A stretch of DNA of 64,000 bases from an uncultured Candidatus Saccharibacteria bacterium. GTDB lineage: Bacteria > Patescibacteriota > Minisyncoccia > Phycocordibacterales > UBA2100. Of this stretch, positions 1-8,802 are shown piece after piece. The first letter of the stretch is position 1, and every line of letters begins with the position of its first letter. Location of the stretch: the NCBI GenBank assembly GCA_964623775.1, contig CAZUVH010000005.1, positions 1,546 to 65,545 on the forward strand, written 5' to 3'. Below the pieces are notes generated by a model. The model had not been told where the DNA came from and ran no database searches. It saw only the letters and a list, made by a program, of their open reading frames with translations. A program made the translations under genes and the position numbers.

Positions 1-881
1 GCGGCAGGTTCTGCAGATGCAGCAGGCTGTGTAGGCGCAGAAGGATTGCCACCTGCCTCTCTCTGAGAAAATATCTGTCGGATATGAGCGAGGTCGTCGA
101 CTGAGAAGAAATCGATGAGGACTTTGCCACCCTGCTCTTTCTTCTCGATGCGCACGCGCGTGCCAAGCTTTTCGGTGAGTTCGCGCTCAAGAAGTAGAAG
201 CTCTGGTGACAGATCAGTCTTGCGAGTCTTTTCTGTCGCGATGCGTCGCGCTACCTGCTCGGAGTCGCGCACGGTGAGCTTACGCGTGACAATTTCATGG
301 AAAAGAGTCTTTTGCTCAGCTGGGCGATCCATAAGCATGAGAAGCGGGCGGGTATGGCCTTCGCTGATGTCGCCTGCACCGAGCGCGTCCTGCATCTCTT
401 TTGGAAGTGAAAGGATGCGAAGTGTGTTGGATACATATTCGCGACTCTTGCCGACACGCTTACCGATCTCGACATGTTTGAGGCCGAATTCAGCGGCGAG
501 ACGCTGGAACGCGAGCGCACGGTCAATCGGATTGAGATCTTCGCGCTGCAAATTTTCGATGATCGCGAGCTCGAGCTTCATGCGGTCGTCGTCCTCGCCA
601 TTTCTGATCACCACGGGCACGGCTGCGATACCAGCGAGCTTGGAGGCGCGTAATCGGCGCTCACCTGCGATCAATTCATATTTAACGAAAATACCCTCGC
701 CCGGCCTCTCTATCTCTTTGCGCGTGACGGTAAGCGGCTGAAGGACGCCGTATTGACGGATGGACTCCGCGAGCGAGGCAAGCGCCGCCTCGTCAAACGC
801 CTTGCGGGGCTGGAAGGGATTGGGCTCTATGCGATCTACCTCAACCCAAAATATAGAATCCGACTGATACGGGCTCGACAT
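1..881 (-). CDS. parB: Chromosome partitioning protein ParB/Spo0J. 3' end runs off the window start, which is why it is absent from the ORF track
   Basis: Own minus-strand translation: MSSPYQSDSIFWVEVDRIEPNPFQPRKAFDE...YELIAGERRLRASKLAGIAAVPVVI...LERELTEKLGTRVRIE. ATG at 881. Confidence 0.85.
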   Translation of the reverse strand, partial: MSSPYQSDSIFWVEVDRIEPNPFQPRKAFDEAALASLAESIRQYGVLQPLTVTRKEIERPGEGIFVKYELIAGERRLRASKLAGIAAVPVVIRNGEDDDRMKLELAIIENLQREDLNPIDRALAFQRLAAEFGLKHVEIGKRVGKSREYVSNTLRILSLPKEMQDALGAGDISEGHTRPLLMLMDRPAEQKTLFHEIVTRKLTVRDSEQVARRIATEKTRKTDLSPELLLLERELTEKLGTRVRIEKKEQGGKVLIDFFSVDDLAHIRQIFSQREAGGNPSAPTQPAASAEPA

Positions 882-945
882 GGGGAAATTATATCAAATT
901 TAAACGGCCCACCGAATGCGGCGGGCCGTCGAATGAGCTGATCGA

Positions 946-1356
946 TCACAGAGGCGCGTCGGCACGAATGCTGAAAGTGAGACCTTCCGGGTTGTCATTC
1001 CATATACCGAACCCCTTCCTGATCACGAGCCAACGGTCGGTGTACGGCACATCCGCACTACGCCACGTGACCTTCAGGACCATAAGATCCTGATTCTCGG
1101 TCTGCATCGCCTTCACCACCGCCGAAATCAGCACTTTCTGATAGCGAGGCGGCAGTACTGCGAACTTTGCAAGGAGCTCGGGCTCCAAAAATCGCAAATT
1201 TCGACCATAGTCGCCGGAGATATCGAAAATGTCGCTCGTTCGCTCCTTGTGGAACATCTCCTCGATATCACGATTACTGCCCCCACCGTACTGCTCGAGT
1301 AACGTACCAATTTCACCGTCGATCCGAGATTTAACCTGTAGCCTTGTTTCGGGCAC
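946..1356 (-). CDS. Hypothetical protein, 136 aa, GTG start
   Basis: Non-repetitive ORF. GAGGGAG RBS 6 nt upstream of GTG at 1356. Confidence 0.5.
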   Translation of the reverse strand: MPETRLQVKSRIDGEIGTLLEQYGGGSNRDIEEMFHKERTSDIFDISGDYGRNLRFLEPELLAKFAVLPPRYQKVLISAVVKAMQTENQDLMVLKVTWRSADVPYTDRWLVIRKGFGIWNDNPEGLTFSIRADAPL

Positions 1357-1422
1357 GTGAGGCTCCCTCTTTTAAAAACGCTGCTTGGCATAGTACCATC
1401 CTATTGGCAGATGTCAATATTG

Positions 1423-1503
1423 TGCCGAAGGAGGGAGTCGAACCCTCACGAGTTGCCTCGATCGATTTTGAGTCGATTGCGTCTGCCATTCCGCCACTTC
1501 GGC
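1423..1503 (-). tRNA. tRNA-Leu(CAA)
   Basis: RC reads GCCGAAGTGGCGGAATGGCAGACGCAATCGACTCAAAATCGAT + long variable arm + GGGTTCGACTCCCTCCTTCGGCA. Anticodon loop CTCAAAA. Confidence 0.85.
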
Positions 1504-1516
1504 ATTACAGGTGAAA

Positions 1517-1888
1517 TCATACGGTTTTTCGGCCAAATATCCAATATCGGGTCTTTTCGACAAGCCGGTAGATCAACATAGCGATGAGCGAAAAGCCGGG
1601 CAGCGATCCGATTATTCCAATCCATCGGAGATGCGGGTACTCACGCAGGATGCGCATCACCGCGTCCGATCCGCGATACATCTTGCCGCCTTCATCAATC
1701 ACGTGGACATCGCGCATCGCAGCCTCCTTACTCACTCCCTCAGGCAATATGCTCGTAGAGATATCGGAGAGGGCAAAGTGCGAGCCGCGTTTTGAGAGGT
1801 CTATCGTTTCAGCGAGTCCGGCGCAGAGATTACATACGCCGTCGTAATAGATCTTCACTTTTGGCTCGGGCTTGTTTTCCATCTCCAT
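1517..1888 (-). CDS. DCC-family thiol-disulfide oxidoreductase (DUF393), start at internal Met
   Basis: KIYYDGVCNLC motif. Divergent from miaA. Confidence 0.6.
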   Translation of the reverse strand: MEMENKPEPKVKIYYDGVCNLCAGLAETIDLSKRGSHFALSDISTSILPEGVSKEAAMRDVHVIDEGGKMYRGSDAVMRILREYPHLRWIGIIGSLPGFSLIAMLIYRLVEKTRYWIFGRKTV

Positions 1889-1907
1889 CCCCACTATTGT
1901 AGCGCGT

Positions 1908-2852
1908 ATGCAGAGGCCCAAAGTTCTCATTATTGTAGGTCCCACCGCATCGGGCAAAAGCGCACTCGGTGTAGCGCTTGCGCGGAAGTTCTCGGCCCGA
2001 GGCCGATCCGCCTTGGGCGGAAACGGCGCAGAGATAATCTCTGCTGATTCCCGGCAAGTCTACCGAGGACTCGACATCGGCACAGGCAAAATCACCAACC
2101 GCGAAATGCGTGGCGTGCCGCATCACCTTCTCGACGTCGCTTCGCCAAAAAGGAAATTCTCCGCCGCCAATTTCATCAATGACGCAAAGGTCGCTATCGC
2201 GAATATTTCGCAAAAAGGAAAAGTGCCGATGATTGTCGGCGGGACGGGATACTACATCGACGCACTCGTTGGGCGCATCCTTGTCCCCGACGTACCGCCG
2301 AATATCAAGCTGCGCGCAGAACTCTCAAAAAAAACGGCGGTCGAGCTCTATGCGCTCTTGGGCCAGATGGATCCGCGTCGTGCACGCGCAATGGCGACGC
2401 TAAGCGAACGCAACAACAAAGTGCGACTCATCCGTGCGCTCGAGATCGTCGCAGCCACAGGCCGAGTACCCGCACCGACCGACACGTCCCAATCCGATTT
2501 CGATACACTCTGGATCGGCATCAATCCCCCACTGAAGGCGCTTGAGAATAAAATTGAAAAAAGGCTCATCGCGCGCATCAAAAAAGGCATGATCGCCGAG
2601 GCGGTGCGACTAAAAAAGGAGGGCCTCTCATACAAGCGAATGGAAGAGCTTGGTCTCGAATACCGCTCACTTGCGCGATTCCTGCAGAAGAAAATTACGA
2701 GACAGGAAATGATCGAGGAATTAAAGCGCGATATCCGCCGCTATGCTAAAAAGCAGATGATGTATTGGAAGCGTAATACCGATATCCGATGGTTTCCGCC
2801 GACCAAAAAAGGATTACTGGAAAAGACCGTCAGGGACTGGCTTAAAAAGTGA
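1908..2852 (+). CDS. miaA: tRNA dimethylallyltransferase MiaA
   Basis: P-loop GPTASGKS, QVYRGLDIGTGKIT. Start placed at MQRPKVLIIVGP. Confidence 0.9.
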   Translation: MQRPKVLIIVGPTASGKSALGVALARKFSARGRSALGGNGAEIISADSRQVYRGLDIGTGKITNREMRGVPHHLLDVASPKRKFSAANFINDAKVAIANISQKGKVPMIVGGTGYYIDALVGRILVPDVPPNIKLRAELSKKTAVELYALLGQMDPRRARAMATLSERNNKVRLIRALEIVAATGRVPAPTDTSQSDFDTLWIGINPPLKALENKIEKRLIARIKKGMIAEAVRLKKEGLSYKRMEELGLEYRSLARFLQKKITRQEMIEELKRDIRRYAKKQMMYWKRNTDIRWFPPTKKGLLEKTVRDWLKK

Positions 2853-3249
2853 CGCCCGCATCAATCAGTTTCTTGATGTAGTCGTCCATCTTGTCGAGGG
2901 TTTTCATTTCTTCATAGGTAAACCACCCATACGCATCGTGTTCCCGACTCAACGTTGGTTCGCCTTCAACATCTGCAATATATTCAATCCTCACCACATG
3001 CCGTTGATCGGGCCAGATCATGTCCTGCGCCGCGAGAAGTCGTGGCTCGCTTGTCATGGTGAGTCCGGTCTCTTCTTTGACCTCGCGTGCCAGATTTTCC
3101 ATAAGCGTGACACCCGGATCAATCCGCCCTCCCGCAAGATCCCACTTACCCACCCCGCGTTCCTCGTAGGGCGATCGTCGCATGAGCAAATACTTCCCTT
3201 CTTTATTTTTGAGTAAAACCTTTACACCAACCTGAAGCTCCATAATCAC
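2842..3249 (-). CDS. NUDIX hydrolase
   Basis: Nudix box GGRIDPGVTLMENLAREVKEETGL. Confidence 0.8.
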   Translation of the reverse strand: MIMELQVGVKVLLKNKEGKYLLMRRSPYEERGVGKWDLAGGRIDPGVTLMENLAREVKEETGLTMTSEPRLLAAQDMIWPDQRHVVRIEYIADVEGEPTLSREHDAYGWFTYEEMKTLDKMDDYIKKLIDAGVTF

Positions 3250-4199
3250 CTTTGGGGAGGACCGACTTCGATAATGCGAGGACCACCATCATCATCCAGG
3301 CGCCTTCTCCCCCGCGACTCATCAAGATCTTTGAGACTCGGTCTCCCCGCGGATTGCGGCGGAGCTACTTCAGATGCCACTTTGGAAGTCGATTGATTCA
3401 CCTTGATATCGTACGACTGCTTGATTTTGCCCGGCACATAGTGGACACCCGCACATACCGGCTCATTGGGAACGTCATTATATGACACAAAACGCACTTC
3501 GGCTTTTAAAAATGTGCGATATGCCTCCTGTAGATTTGGATATTCCTTTACGAAGTCAAAATTCTTGTCGAAAACACTGCGAACGTGGAAATCGTTGTAA
3601 ATCTTTCCCCATGCCGCAAGGTTTTCAGGCGTAATACGATCAGCCGTTGTTGATTCGTAATACCATATACCACTCATATCTGCGACGGCAAATACGTTTT
3701 TTTCGACAGGTGACCCCATTAGGGCATAGCTGGACATGGTCTGCTTCTGAGCCTGCGCATTCTCTACGCCCACATCTTCGGGGCTCGGAGACGTATATGG
3801 AATCGGGTACTTGATTCCCCTATCTTTAAGTTTCTGTACCGGATGTGTGTGAAAACTACAACGCACCTCAATTGTCTGCCCCCGTGCGCTCTTTTGCACA
3901 TGACGCATTTCCGCAAGACTGTCATATTCAACATTATTCGCTTCGCCACTTATAACGGATGGCCACATTTGCGGTCCGTTCTTTATCTTGAGAAAAGTCG
4001 TCGCGCTTTCATTTTTTTCTCGCATCACTGCATTGCGGATATTTTGTGTGACAGCGATATTCCATGAGGTGCCTTGAGTAATCTCAAGCGCCTGCGCCGG
4101 TCCACTATCTACAGCCCCCAAAAGAGCAGTGGCAAAGGCAGCGGCCTCCACGACACCTGACCGACGCTTATCTGGACCCTTTGACCCCTCGAGCGACAT
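3246..4199 (-). CDS. Hypothetical protein, 317 aa, with N-terminal hydrophobic segment. 4-bp overlap with the downstream NUDIX gene
   Basis: Long non-repetitive ORF. Operon-like overlap. Confidence 0.55.
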   Translation of the reverse strand: MSLEGSKGPDKRRSGVVEAAAFATALLGAVDSGPAQALEITQGTSWNIAVTQNIRNAVMREKNESATTFLKIKNGPQMWPSVISGEANNVEYDSLAEMRHVQKSARGQTIEVRCSFHTHPVQKLKDRGIKYPIPYTSPSPEDVGVENAQAQKQTMSSYALMGSPVEKNVFAVADMSGIWYYESTTADRITPENLAAWGKIYNDFHVRSVFDKNFDFVKEYPNLQEAYRTFLKAEVRFVSYNDVPNEPVCAGVHYVPGKIKQSYDIKVNQSTSKVASEVAPPQSAGRPSLKDLDESRGRRRLDDDGGPRIIEVGPPQR

Positions 4200-4246
4200 G
4201 GACCCATAATATCACCCCAAATTCTTGAAAAATCATTGCAAATCGA

Positions 4247-4993
4247 GTGCTATACTTTTTATACATGTATACGCTTTCACCAAGAAATCTCATACTGGAC
4301 AACCCCGCTCGGCGGTATGTACTTAAGATTCACGACCTCCCTGCCGAAGAAAAGCCACGTGAGAAAATGCTCGCGCTCGGACCTGCCTCGCTCTCCACCC
4401 AGGAGCTTCTCGCGGCACTCCTTAATACCGGCACGAAAAAAGAAGACGTGCTCTCGATGTCCGTGCGCATCATGAGAGAGTATGGCGAACGCAGCATTAT
4501 GAGTGCGCGCAACCCTGCCAAACTCGCTGAGGATCTCGATATTCCTATCGGTAAGGCAATTCAGATCGTCGCAGCCGCGGAGCTGGGCCAGCGCTTCTTT
4601 GAGCGAAATGGCGCGAGTGCCGCCGTCATTCGTACAGCAAAGGATGTATTCGATTACGTCAGCGACATGCGAGACTTGCCAAAAGAACACTTGCGAGGAA
4701 TTTACCTCAATGCACATTACAAAATCATTCACGACGAAGTCATATCGATCGGCACCGTCGACACGAGCATTATTCATCCGCGCGAGGTCTTCAAGCCGGC
4801 TCTCCAATATTCGGCTGCAGCCGTCGTCCTGGTGCACAATCACCCGTCGGGTTCGACGGAGCCAAGCACTGCCGATATTGAAATAACGAAACAACTGATC
4901 GAGGCGGGGGCACTGCTTGCTATCGACCTCATTGATCACGTGATCGTCACCAAGAGTGAATTTGCTAGTATTCCTGCTCAATACCGCACATGA
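4247..4993 (+). CDS. radC: RadC-like JAB/MPN domain protein. True start may be a few codons downstream
   Basis: HNHPSG motif. LPAEEKPREKMLALGP N-terminal HhH region. Confidence 0.85.
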   Translation: MLYFLYMYTLSPRNLILDNPARRYVLKIHDLPAEEKPREKMLALGPASLSTQELLAALLNTGTKKEDVLSMSVRIMREYGERSIMSARNPAKLAEDLDIPIGKAIQIVAAAELGQRFFERNGASAAVIRTAKDVFDYVSDMRDLPKEHLRGIYLNAHYKIIHDEVISIGTVDTSIIHPREVFKPALQYSAAAVVLVHNHPSGSTEPSTADIEITKQLIEAGALLAIDLIDHVIVTKSEFASIPAQYRT

Positions 4994-5280
4994 GCAGCCT
5001 CACTATCGCGGCACCCCGCTCCTACACAATCCGACCGCGGGCTTTTTATATCCGTGAAAGCCTCTCACCAGAAGACGAGGTTGATTTCCATATAGCCCAG
5101 GGTGATTACTTCCCCACACTGGCCACAATCATGGGATTACTCGCGGAATTCCTAGGCGACGCCGCCCGAAAAGGTGAGACTCCGCGCAGTTTCCAAATAA
5201 TGACGCTCCAGAGATTAAAGGAAGACCTTCTGTATACAGATCGTCATTACACCATTGTCCGGAAAACCGACAATAAATAG
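4990..5280 (+). CDS. Hypothetical small protein, 96 aa, ATGA overlap with radC
   Basis: Translationally coupled ORF. No recognisable domain. Confidence 0.35.
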   Translation: MSSLTIAAPRSYTIRPRAFYIRESLSPEDEVDFHIAQGDYFPTLATIMGLLAEFLGDAARKGETPRSFQIMTLQRLKEDLLYTDRHYTIVRKTDNK

Positions 5281-5333
5281 ACCTGCGTGTCCGGGTTGCA
5301 AAGTTGCTGTTTTTTGGGTATAGTCTTGCGAAT

Positions 5334-5492
5334 ATGTCACAGGATCAACTCATAAAAATCGCTTGTTCGAAGTGCGGCCGCACCAACTATTGGACGCGCA
5401 AGAATAAGAAGCTGGTTACCCGCAAGATCGAACTCAAGAAATTCTGCAAGTGGTGCCGCGCTCAGACGAAGCACAAAGAAGCTAAGAAATAA
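5334..5492 (+). CDS. rpmG: 50S ribosomal protein L33
   Basis: MSQDQLIKIACSKCGRTNYWTRKNKK...LKKFCKWCRAQTKHKE. Two Cys pairs. Confidence 0.85.
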   Translation: MSQDQLIKIACSKCGRTNYWTRKNKKLVTRKIELKKFCKWCRAQTKHKEAKK

Positions 5493-5608
5493 AAAAACTC
5501 TGCAATACCTGGCGATGTCTCGTCGCCACTTGCAGAAGGAGGGGGTCGGGGAACCTACAGGTTCCCCGTGGAGGAAGGATTGGGAAAACCGTGGGTTTCC
5601 CAGCGCTG

Positions 5609-5655
5609 CTAGTGGTGCCGCGCTCAGACGAAGCACAAGGAGGCAAAAAAATAAA
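5609..5655 (+). repeat. Direct repeat duplicating the last ~40 nt of rpmG (5446-5492). The two copies flank a 115-bp hairpin-rich insert
   Basis: agtggtgccgcgctcagacgaagcacaa(a/g)ga(a/g)gc... occurs twice. Confidence 0.7.
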
Positions 5656-5681
5656 AAGGCGATCATAAGCCGCCTTTTTTT
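5654..5681. terminator. Bidirectional rho-independent terminator
   Basis: AAAAAGGCG-loop-CGCCTTTTTTT. Confidence 0.6.
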
Positions 5682-5686
5682 AAAAG

Positions 5687-5835
5687 TTAGACTGCTCTCA
5701 CTCGGAGGTTTCGATAATATCCTTTTTTCAAGGCGAGTTCTTCTGCCTCTCTTTTCGTGGCAGCCTGCACATAGTCCTCCTTCCAACTCACACTCAAACC
5801 AGAAGGGGTAGCAATACCAATCTGCCATTTCTTCA
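5687..5835 (-). CDS. Hypothetical small protein, 49 aa (MKKWQIGIATPSG...)
   Basis: GGAGAG RBS before ATG at 5835. Terminator at 5654-5681 on the same strand. Confidence 0.3.
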
Positions 5836-5918
5836 TCCTGCTCTCCATGATTTGATTCCGACCAACAATATAGCACTCATAGAAAAAGAAGTCATTTTGA
5901 GCTACTATAGGCATTCAG

Positions 5919-5989
5919 GGGCGATTAGTTTAGTGGTAGAACAGCGGTCTCCAAAACCGCTAGTGGGGGTTCGATTCCCTCATCGCCCG
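5919..5989 (+). tRNA. tRNA-Trp(CCA)
   Basis: GGGCGATTAGTTTAGTGGTAGAAC-AGCGGTCTCCAAAACCGCT-AGTGGGGGTTCGATTCCCTCATCGCCCG. Confidence 0.85.
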
Positions 5990-5999
5990 CAAACAAGGA

Positions 6000-6389
6000 T
6001 TAACACAACTGACCCCAGAGATGGCTGCCAGTGAAGGTGTACATGATCGTATCGACGAGGAGCCATGCAGCGAGGATACCGGTGAGGCCCACTAGAACGT
6101 TCCAGAAAATGCCTTTTGCCTTTGTCACCTCGCTTACATTTCCACGATTCGTCAACATTTTGAGACCTGCCCACGCAAAGAGGATTGCGGCGACGAAGAC
6201 AGAAAAATAAATACCGAAATTGAGCACCCGTTGGGCTAGTGTTGCTAGACTACACACGGTGCAGTCCACTCCGTTACATGGGACGATTTGACTCGGAATT
6301 CCTGACTGCGCAAACACGAGTGCGGGAGAGATCGCGACAAGAAGCATGAAAAGCGACATATACCAACGCAAAGCTCGACTTGTATACAT
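6000..6389 (-). CDS. Small secreted or membrane protein with signal peptide + two TM helices. Same architecture as the 29281-31281 array (possible pilin-like paralog)
   Basis: MYTSRALRWYMSLFMLLVAISPALVFAQS... then TM1-KMLTNRGNVSEVTKAKG-TM2 with conserved W/G positions. Confidence 0.5.
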   Translation of the reverse strand: MYTSRALRWYMSLFMLLVAISPALVFAQSGIPSQIVPCNGVDCTVCSLATLAQRVLNFGIYFSVFVAAILFAWAGLKMLTNRGNVSEVTKAKGIFWNVLVGLTGILAAWLLVDTIMYTFTGSHLWGQLC

Positions 6390-6439
6390 GTGAATAATTG
6401 TAGCACTCAAATCGCCCCGCAAACGGGTATAATGCCGCC

Positions 6440-6817
6440 ATGAGTCAATCAATATTGGTCATCGAAGACGAGCAGGTGATGCGCCTCGCGGTTACTGATC
6501 GACTGAAAAAAGAGGGCTATTCCGTACTCGAGGCCGACAACGGCACGCGTGGTATGGAAATGGCGCTCAGCAATCAGCCCGATCTTATCGTCCTCGACAA
6601 TCGCATGCCAGAAATGGGCGGATATCAGATGCTAAGGACACTTCGTGAGCGCGGTAATTGGGGCGCTGCCGTACCCGTCATCTTTTTTACCAATGTCGAG
6701 CTCACTGCCGACGCTGAGGACGATGTTGCGCAGACAAATCCCGCACACTATCTCGTTAAAAGCGAGACGAGTCTGGACACACTCGTTGCCAAGATCCGCG
6801 AGCTTCTACGCACATAA
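6440..6817 (+). CDS. Single-domain response regulator receiver (CheY-like)
   Basis: VIEDE...LIVLDNRMPEMGG, conserved Asp. No output domain. Confidence 0.8.
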   Translation: MSQSILVIEDEQVMRLAVTDRLKKEGYSVLEADNGTRGMEMALSNQPDLIVLDNRMPEMGGYQMLRTLRERGNWGAAVPVIFFTNVELTADAEDDVAQTNPAHYLVKSETSLDTLVAKIRELLRT

Positions 6818-6850
6818 AAAGGGCGGAAAGCATATTCCGCCCTTCAGACG

Positions 6851-7294
6851 CTACCAATTACCCGTGTAGGTCACAAAATTTTGTTCGCAATATTTATTGA
6901 CCACGTCCGTATGCAGTGGGAAGCACAGAGTCGGCTTGGTCCAATCGTCCACGGTGAACAAGAGCCTCTCCGAAGTTTCCTTGTTCTTCTTGAAGCGATG
7001 CATCTTCACTCCATCAGGTCCGATCGCGGCGAAGATCAAAATTCTATCACCATCAGGCGTACTTCGTACGTCATACACCCTCATGTAATCCGGATTTGTG
7101 GAGACCGTGACGGACGCCTCCTGATTGATTTCCCTCGCAAGTGCGACACGCCAGTCTTCGCCCAATTCGACATATCCACCGGGCAAAGCGAGCTCCCCCT
7201 TGTGCGGCGCGATGCTTCGTCGCACCAAAAGCAGCTCTTGTGGTTTCGGGAAAACGAGACCGACGACGACAGGAGTGGGATTTTTGTATGCCAT
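6851..7294 (-). CDS. NUDIX hydrolase. The ORF-track N-terminus runs through tRNA-Tyr; start reassigned to MAYKNPT
   Basis: Nudix-box-like GGYVELGEDWRVALAREINQEASV. ATG at 7294. Confidence 0.7.
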   Translation of the reverse strand: MAYKNPTPVVVGLVFPKPQELLLVRRSIAPHKGELALPGGYVELGEDWRVALAREINQEASVTVSTNPDYMRVYDVRSTPDGDRILIFAAIGPDGVKMHRFKKNKETSERLLFTVDDWTKPTLCFPLHTDVVNKYCEQNFVTYTGNW

Positions 7295-7415
7295 CTTGTT
7301 CTCCAGTTTGACTACTCTGCATTGAACATATATATGAGAGCGTCTGCCGTCAAGAAGGCGCTGAATTACCATGTTCGCTAGCCCTGCAGCAAAAATTCGT
7401 GCATAATATCTGCAC

Positions 7416-7501
7416 GCGTCGTTACCCAAGTGGTCAAAGGGGACTGGCTGTAAACCAGTTGACTTCGGTCTTCGTTGGTTCGAATCCAACACGGCGCACC
7501 A
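7416..7501 (+). tRNA. tRNA-Tyr(GTA), CCA encoded
   Basis: GCGTCGTTACCCAAGTGGTCAAAGGGGACTGGCTGTAAACCAGTT + long variable arm + GTTGGTTCGAATCCAACACGGCGCACCA. Confidence 0.85.
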
Positions 7502-7542
7502 AATGAAAGAGCGCTCGGTTGAGCGCTCTTGGAGGCAATTTC

Positions 7543-7920
7543 TCACGACAGGAGTGCCTGTAACTCCTCCCGTAGGGATGAGTCTTCTCCTGCACTAAAT
7601 TTTACAATGAGAAGTTTCGCACGGTCGATATCAGTGGCTTTAACTGCTGCACGCACGGCTCCGCGTCTCGCAACAGCACCCTCGACACTTGTGGCTGTCG
7701 TCAAATTTGCGATCTCCTCCTCAAGTGCAGAGACGGCGGCGTAAGCATTATGTGCCTCCGCAGAGCCCTGATCTATCACATGTTCAGCAATATAAATCCC
7801 TGCGCTGACCTTAACATTCAATTGCTCGACCTCTTCCTGAATCTGCAGACAGCGAATTTGGTGTTTGATAGCCCGCGTCGAAGGAAGCGGAATTCGTTTG
7901 CCGAAGCGACGAGTCTCCAT
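7543..7920 (-). CDS. rpsT: 30S ribosomal protein S20 (tentative)
   Basis: METRRFGKR...STRAIKHQIR...DRAKLLIVKFSAGE resembles S20. GAGAGGAG RBS 8 nt upstream. Confidence 0.5.
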   Translation of the reverse strand: METRRFGKRIPLPSTRAIKHQIRCLQIQEEVEQLNVKVSAGIYIAEHVIDQGSAEAHNAYAAVSALEEEIANLTTATSVEGAVARRGAVRAAVKATDIDRAKLLIVKFSAGEDSSLREELQALLS

Positions 7921-8054
7921 GATAATTCTCCTCTCATCCAGAGTTAACCTACACATGATTCCGGCGCGGGTCAACGCGCAGAGGAGTGGCCGATGCGCGA
8001 TTTGACTCCGCCGCTTTTTAATGTTTAATAGTGCGAGCCAACAAGGAGACCGGG

Positions 8055-8756
8055 ATGAAGATTCTCGTTAGGGTCGTGGACTGGACCTTTGGTGCCATCT
8101 TGCGCTGGTGCATTTACCAGCTTGTAAGGCCGTATGTGTGGTACAAACATCCGGTCACGATTGTGGGGGGCGATGCGGCCCTTTCAGTGAAAGAGAGTGG
8201 CGCTATCGCTTTGGCGGAGCATCACTCGATGATGGACGGGCCACTTCTCACTGCCATAGCGTGGCCATACGCGCGCATTAGGCCGACAGCAAAATACGCC
8301 CAGTACATGAAATGGTATTTCCGGTGGGCAATGGTGCTCTTCAGCGTGATCCGGCTCAACCCACCCAAACATTGGCCAAAGGAGCGCCGAGAAGCGGAGA
8401 AGCTGCGCGGAATCGATACTATGAGCAAGGTGATCGCAAATGGCTGGGTCCTTCTTCTTTTTCCAGCAGGCATCATTCGCACCGGCGAAAAAACGGTGAT
8501 CGACCCATGGCTCACCGGCGCATACACCATGATCGAGAGACATCCCGACAAACCGGTACTACTCTTGCGGCATCGCGGGCTTCATGCGTCGGAGGATAAG
8601 GGTTTTTTCAAGCGTTGCCCCGTGCACATTGAGATCACCCGCATCGACAATGTGTCGCTCAAAGGCGGCCCCGCCGAATTCAATAAGCGACTCGAGCTCT
8701 TTTTCAACGCAGGCATTCCGCTCGCCGTGAACGAGCCAGTGAGAAAATATGCCTAA
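8055..8756 (+). CDS. Lysophospholipid acyltransferase (PlsC/LPLAT family)
   Basis: HXXXXD motif HHSMMDG. FPAG..RTG motif. AGGAG RBS. Confidence 0.7.
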   Translation: MKILVRVVDWTFGAILRWCIYQLVRPYVWYKHPVTIVGGDAALSVKESGAIALAEHHSMMDGPLLTAIAWPYARIRPTAKYAQYMKWYFRWAMVLFSVIRLNPPKHWPKERREAEKLRGIDTMSKVIANGWVLLLFPAGIIRTGEKTVIDPWLTGAYTMIERHPDKPVLLLRHRGLHASEDKGFFKRCPVHIEITRIDNVSLKGGPAEFNKRLELFFNAGIPLAVNEPVRKYA

Positions 8757-8760
8757 TAGC

Positions 8761-8798
8761 AAAACGCGCCACAGCTGTGGCGCGTTTTTTTCTTTTTG
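8761..8798. terminator. Bidirectional terminator between the convergent acyltransferase and clpB
   Basis: Perfect palindrome AAAACGCGCCACAG/CTGTGGCGCGTTTT flanked by T-runs. Confidence 0.7.
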
Positions 8799-8802
8799 TT
8801 GA

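Noticed and set aside
115-741. 208-aa plus-strand ORF (R/S-rich) and 251-526 minus ORF
   Set aside because: Both lie inside or antisense to the real parB gene, which is on the minus strand in another frame. Composition is typical of out-of-frame high-GC sequence.
5515-5811. 98-aa plus ORF spanning the hairpin insert and rpmG repeat
   Set aside because: Runs through three perfect hairpins, a terminator and into the antisense of a small gene. R/S-rich. No RBS.
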